Shown piece after piece: positions 60,733 through 64,000 of a stretch of DNA of 64,000 nt. The translations under genes and the position numbers were made by a program. Source of the stretch: Candidatus Latescibacterota bacterium (GTDB lineage Bacteria; Krumholzibacteriota; Krumholzibacteriia; WVZY01); NCBI GenBank assembly GCA_963791045.1, contig CAWBQK010000005.1, positions 1-64,000 on the forward strand. The letters run 5' to 3'. The notes beneath the pieces are model-generated. The model was not told the DNA's origin, did no database searches, and worked only from the letters and a program-made list of their open reading frames with translations. Numbering within the stretch: the first letter of the stretch is position 1; the number at the start of each line of letters is the position of its first letter.

Positions 60733-61410
60733 TCAATTGTACCTTGTTCTGATAAACACATACCCACCGGTGCGGGCGCCCCACACTTGCTCGTCTTTTT
60801 CGTCAAACCCGCGGTCCCAACTCACGATTCTATCGTACGTGACCATGACTTCCGATGTTGCGTAACTCGCGCCGCGGAGGGTGCTCTCGCAGTCGTTTCC
60901 TCTCGTGCCGCCGGAGAATGAGCCGTCCGGTTGCCTTTTCAAATAGACCGTGCAACCGTCTCTGAACATCAGTTGGGCGGGGGCGAGATCGGATAGGGCA
61001 TCTTTGTTGCGACCTTCACCGACATAACGCGTCGGGTCGGGGATCGTGTAAACATCGCTCGAGTACACACTGTCCACGGGACCAGTGAGATGATAGACCC
61101 TCTGGCGGTACGGGCGGCCCAGTGAGTTCGCAGCCGCCTGTTCCACATAGATCCAGTACCCGTCGGCTCTGTCGCTCCAGATTCGGACCATTTCCAGGCG
61201 GATGTCGAAAAAGTTCGTGTCGGCATCGGCCTGTTGGGCGCTCGAGAACGTGCCCGTCATCCACTTGGCGAGGAGATCGATCTCCCCGGCCTGGGCCCGC
61301 GGGCTCCCAGCGAAACTCGTAATCAAAACCGCCGCGATGCCGGCGGCACAAAATAATCTTTTAAACAAAACTACTCTCCTCTTGCTCGTGAGTTCTCGTC
61401 GTCCGATCAT
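60733..61410 (-). CDS. CpcT/CpeT-family (chromophore lyase-like) protein with signal peptide
   Basis: WMTGTFSS..QA, WIYVEQA, PYRQRVY, GC, C.S..RGA.YATSEV, SWDRG.D...QVWG..GGY.F. Start uncertain. Confidence 0.85.
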   Translation of the reverse strand: MIGRRELTSKRRVVLFKRLFCAAGIAAVLITSFAGSPRAQAGEIDLLAKWMTGTFSSAQQADADTNFFDIRLEMVRIWSDRADGYWIYVEQAAANSLGRPYRQRVYHLTGPVDSVYSSDVYTIPDPTRYVGEGRNKDALSDLAPAQLMFRDGCTVYLKRQPDGSFSGGTRGNDCESTLRGASYATSEVMVTYDRIVSWDRGFDEKDEQVWGARTGGYVFIRTRYN

Positions 61411-62855
61411 CGTGTGTCGGCCAAGACCTCCAAAACCCCATCCTTCCCCTTCAGCTCCGCAATACCCGCCAGGTCCGGACCATGCACGGAGCCGGTGAGC
61501 GCCGCACGCACGGGAAAAAAGAGCGCCTTGCCCTTCTGCCCCGTTTCCTTGCCGACTTGTTTGACGAGTGACTTGAAGAGCGCGCCGGTAAACTCCTCGG
61601 CCGAAGCGTTCAAAGCATCGGCGAGAGCCTTCAACACGGTGTGCGCTTCGGGTGTCGCGAGCACCTCGCGCGCTTCGTCGTCGACAACGGGCGGCGAACG
61701 GAACGGCGCGGATTTCTCATCCAACTCGGCAAGCGTCTCAATCTTCTCGTGCAACAGGCCAAGGATTTTCAAACGCGCGGCATTGTCATACGCCTCGCGG
61801 ACATATTCCGGGAAGAACGGATCGGCCACGCCAAACAAATCGGCCACATCGGCGGCACGAATGTACTGCCCGTTCATCCATTTTAGTTTTTCACGATCGT
61901 AAACCGACGGGCTCTTGGACACCCGGTCCAACGAAAACGCCGCCGACAACTCACCCACACACAAAACTTCTTTCTCCTCGGGATGCGACCACCCGAGCAG
62001 CGCCAGGTAGTTAATAACCGCACCGGGCAGATACCCGGTCGACCGAAGCTCACCGACGGAGCTCGCCCCATGGCGCTTGGACAACTTCGACTTGTCCTCG
62101 GCATGTATCAACGAAAAATGCCCGAACCGGGGCAACTCAAACCCGCACGCCTTGTAGACCAACACCTGCCGTAACGTATTGGGCAAGTGTTCCTCCCCAC
62201 GCAACACATGCGATATACGCATAAGATGGTCGTCTATGGCGGCCGCAAAGTTGTATGTGGGAATCCCGTTGGACCGCATGATGACGAAGTCGCCCACCAT
62301 GTTCGTCTCGAGACGAATATCCCCGCGAATCAAATCCGGAAACTGAACATCCCCCGGCGGAACCACAAACCGTACGACCTCGGGCGTCCCCTCCGCGCGC
62401 CGTGCGGCCACGTCCGAAACGGACAACGACCGGCACGTGCCGTCGTACTGCGGCGGCTTGCCCGCGGCCATAGCGGCCTCGCGTTTGGCAGTCAACACGT
62501 CGTCCGCACAAAAACACGGATACGCCTTACCCTCGTCAACAAGACGCGCGGTATGCTCACGATAGATATCGAGACGCTCGGACTGCCGGTAGGGCTCGCA
62601 CCCTCCACCAATCCCCGGTCCCTCATCCCAGTCCAGGCCGAGCCAGCGAAGGTCTTCAATCAAAGACGCTTCGCTCAGAGCGGTACTACGCTCGACATCG
62701 GTGTCTTCGATACGAAGAACAAAGGCACCGTTGTGGTGCCTTGCGTACAGCCAGTTGAAAATCGCGGTCCGCGCCCCACCCACATGGAGGTACCCGGTGG
62801 GGCTGGGAGCAAAACGAACGCGCACATCGGATCCGCTCATAAATCTCGCTTTCAT
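61407..62855 (-). CDS. gltX: Glutamate--tRNA ligase
   Basis: RFAPSPTGYLHVG, LRIEDTD, YRQSER, DDHLMRISHVLRGEEH, KLSKR. Confidence 0.96.
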   Translation of the reverse strand: MKARFMSGSDVRVRFAPSPTGYLHVGGARTAIFNWLYARHHNGAFVLRIEDTDVERSTALSEASLIEDLRWLGLDWDEGPGIGGGCEPYRQSERLDIYREHTARLVDEGKAYPCFCADDVLTAKREAAMAAGKPPQYDGTCRSLSVSDVAARRAEGTPEVVRFVVPPGDVQFPDLIRGDIRLETNMVGDFVIMRSNGIPTYNFAAAIDDHLMRISHVLRGEEHLPNTLRQVLVYKACGFELPRFGHFSLIHAEDKSKLSKRHGASSVGELRSTGYLPGAVINYLALLGWSHPEEKEVLCVGELSAAFSLDRVSKSPSVYDREKLKWMNGQYIRAADVADLFGVADPFFPEYVREAYDNAARLKILGLLHEKIETLAELDEKSAPFRSPPVVDDEAREVLATPEAHTVLKALADALNASAEEFTGALFKSLVKQVGKETGQKGKALFFPVRAALTGSVHGPDLAGIAELKGKDGVLEVLADTR

Positions 62856-62880
62856 GGTTGTGATCGGTGCAGAGTATGGA

Positions 62881-63366
62881 TCACTGGTTCTTTGTCACAA
62901 CGGTCGCCACGGCCTGGGCGGCGACAACCTCGCCGCGGCCGACGGCTCCAAATCCTTCCCATGTGGTCGCCTTGACGCACACCTGGTCGGGTTCGAGTCC
63001 AAGGTGCGCGGCCATGATAATCTGCATTTCTTTTTTTCTATCTCCGAGACGGACGGCGTCACTCATAACGACACAGTCGATGTTGCCGATCGAATATCCA
63101 TTCGCATGGACCATGTCGCGGACGATGGACAGAAACTTTTCCCCGGCCATTCCCTTGTACGCGTCATCGGACGGCGGAAAGTGGTCGCCGATATCGCCGA
63201 GACCAACCGCGCCGAGAAGTGCGTCGCATATGGCGTGGCTCACGACGTCGGCGTCGGAGTGTCCGTCGAGCCCGCGCGGCGCATCGTCAAAACGAACGCA
63301 GCCGAGCCAGAGTTCGCGGCCTTCGACGAGCGGATGAACATCCCAACCAATACCCGTCCTGTACAT
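62881..63366 (-). CDS. ispF: 2-C-methyl-D-erythritol 2,4-cyclodiphosphate synthase
   Basis: GIGWDVH, GHSDADV..HA..DA, GDIG.HFP, VKATT.E. Confidence 0.96.
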   Translation of the reverse strand: MYRTGIGWDVHPLVEGRELWLGCVRFDDAPRGLDGHSDADVVSHAICDALLGAVGLGDIGDHFPPSDDAYKGMAGEKFLSIVRDMVHANGYSIGNIDCVVMSDAVRLGDRKKEMQIIMAAHLGLEPDQVCVKATTWEGFGAVGRGEVVAAQAVATVVTKNQ

Positions 63367-63418
63367 GTCGATCTCCTTTTATACGGCGTCCGCTAGAACC
63401 CAACGCGCCACAAGAAAC

Positions 63419-64000
63419 TCACCATCTCTGTTTGCTCAAGATCGCTTCGGCGATTACCGTGTCCTCTATGTAAGTAATCTTAATGTTCGTTCCCTCTCCG
63501 GGGATCGTCCGCACCTCTTCGCCCAAAGCCAGAACGAGCGACCCGTCGTCACTCACCACAGCTCCGCGCTCGAGAGCATCCGCGTGCGCCCGCACGATGA
63601 GTTTCCGATGAAAACCCTGCGGCGTCTGCACGCCCGCCACCCGCGACCGGTCGATCACCACTTTGACACGATCGCCATCGCCCACACGCACCAGCGTATC
63701 AACAGAAGGCACAACCGGGATGACGGCCGAGTGTGATTTCAACATGTCGAGTGTTCGATCGATAAGGAGCGGAGTCAAACACGGTCGCGCCGCGTCATGG
63801 ATAAGAACGATCTCCACCGACGACGACAGGGACTCGAGCCCGAGACGGACCGACTCCTGGCGCGTCTCGCCCCCGGCTACAACGGAGACCTCTCCCGGCA
63901 CGCCATACTGGTCGAACGTAGACGCAACCTGGGATTCCTCTCCCGGCGTCACGACGACCACGACCGAGTCGACACGCGAATGAATGACAAAACGCTCGAC
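63419..64000 (-). CDS. ispD: 2-C-methyl-D-erythritol 4-phosphate cytidylyltransferase (5' end outside window)
   Basis: GGETRQESV, LIHDAARP, QTPQGF, SDD, NIKIT..ED. Confidence 0.95.
   Translation of the reverse strand, partial: VERFVIHSRVDSVVVVVTPGEESQVASTFDQYGVPGEVSVVAGGETRQESVRLGLESLSSSVEIVLIHDAARPCLTPLLIDRTLDMLKSHSAVIPVVPSVDTLVRVGDGDRVKVVIDRSRVAGVQTPQGFHRKLIVRAHADALERGAVVSDDGSLVLALGEEVRTIPGEGTNIKITYIEDTVIAEAILSKQRW

Overview
The window has three parts. (1) 1-2.9 kb: two tandem Tat-signal aldo/keto reductases and the 3' end of a WYL regulator, which is abruptly joined to an unrelated gene at ~2.9 kb (possibly an assembly chimera). (2) 2.9-13.7 kb: an accessory region ending at the CCA end of a tRNA-Asn gene. 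It reads as a tandem array of small gene cassettes with no recombinase in view, carrying an Ig-like repeat protein, two secreted hypothetical proteins, CotH and a Ser/Thr kinase-TPR protein. The cassettes are separated by att-like sites that resemble the tRNA 3' end. Joining the two ends of the tRNA-proximal unit gives a symmetric 56-bp site (17-bp perfect inverted arms around a central GG), the layout of a large serine recombinase attP. (3) 14-64 kb: mostly core genome. It holds an M49 peptidase, ggt, a three-gene ArsR operon in which both flanking small genes have an in-frame UGA followed by a SECIS-like hairpin (candidate selenoproteins), a GHL10 hydrolase, the full tRNA-tuf-secE-nusG-rpl-rpoBC-str-S10-spc-alpha cluster on the minus strand, then SPFH/NfeD, cysS, ddl, five accessory genes, gltX, ispF and partial ispD. 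Many essential genes carry frameshifts, which points to uncorrected long-read indels; coordinates of those genes are approximate. An FCB-group origin (Latescibacterota/Krumholzibacteriota-like) is my impression only. No searches or computations were run.
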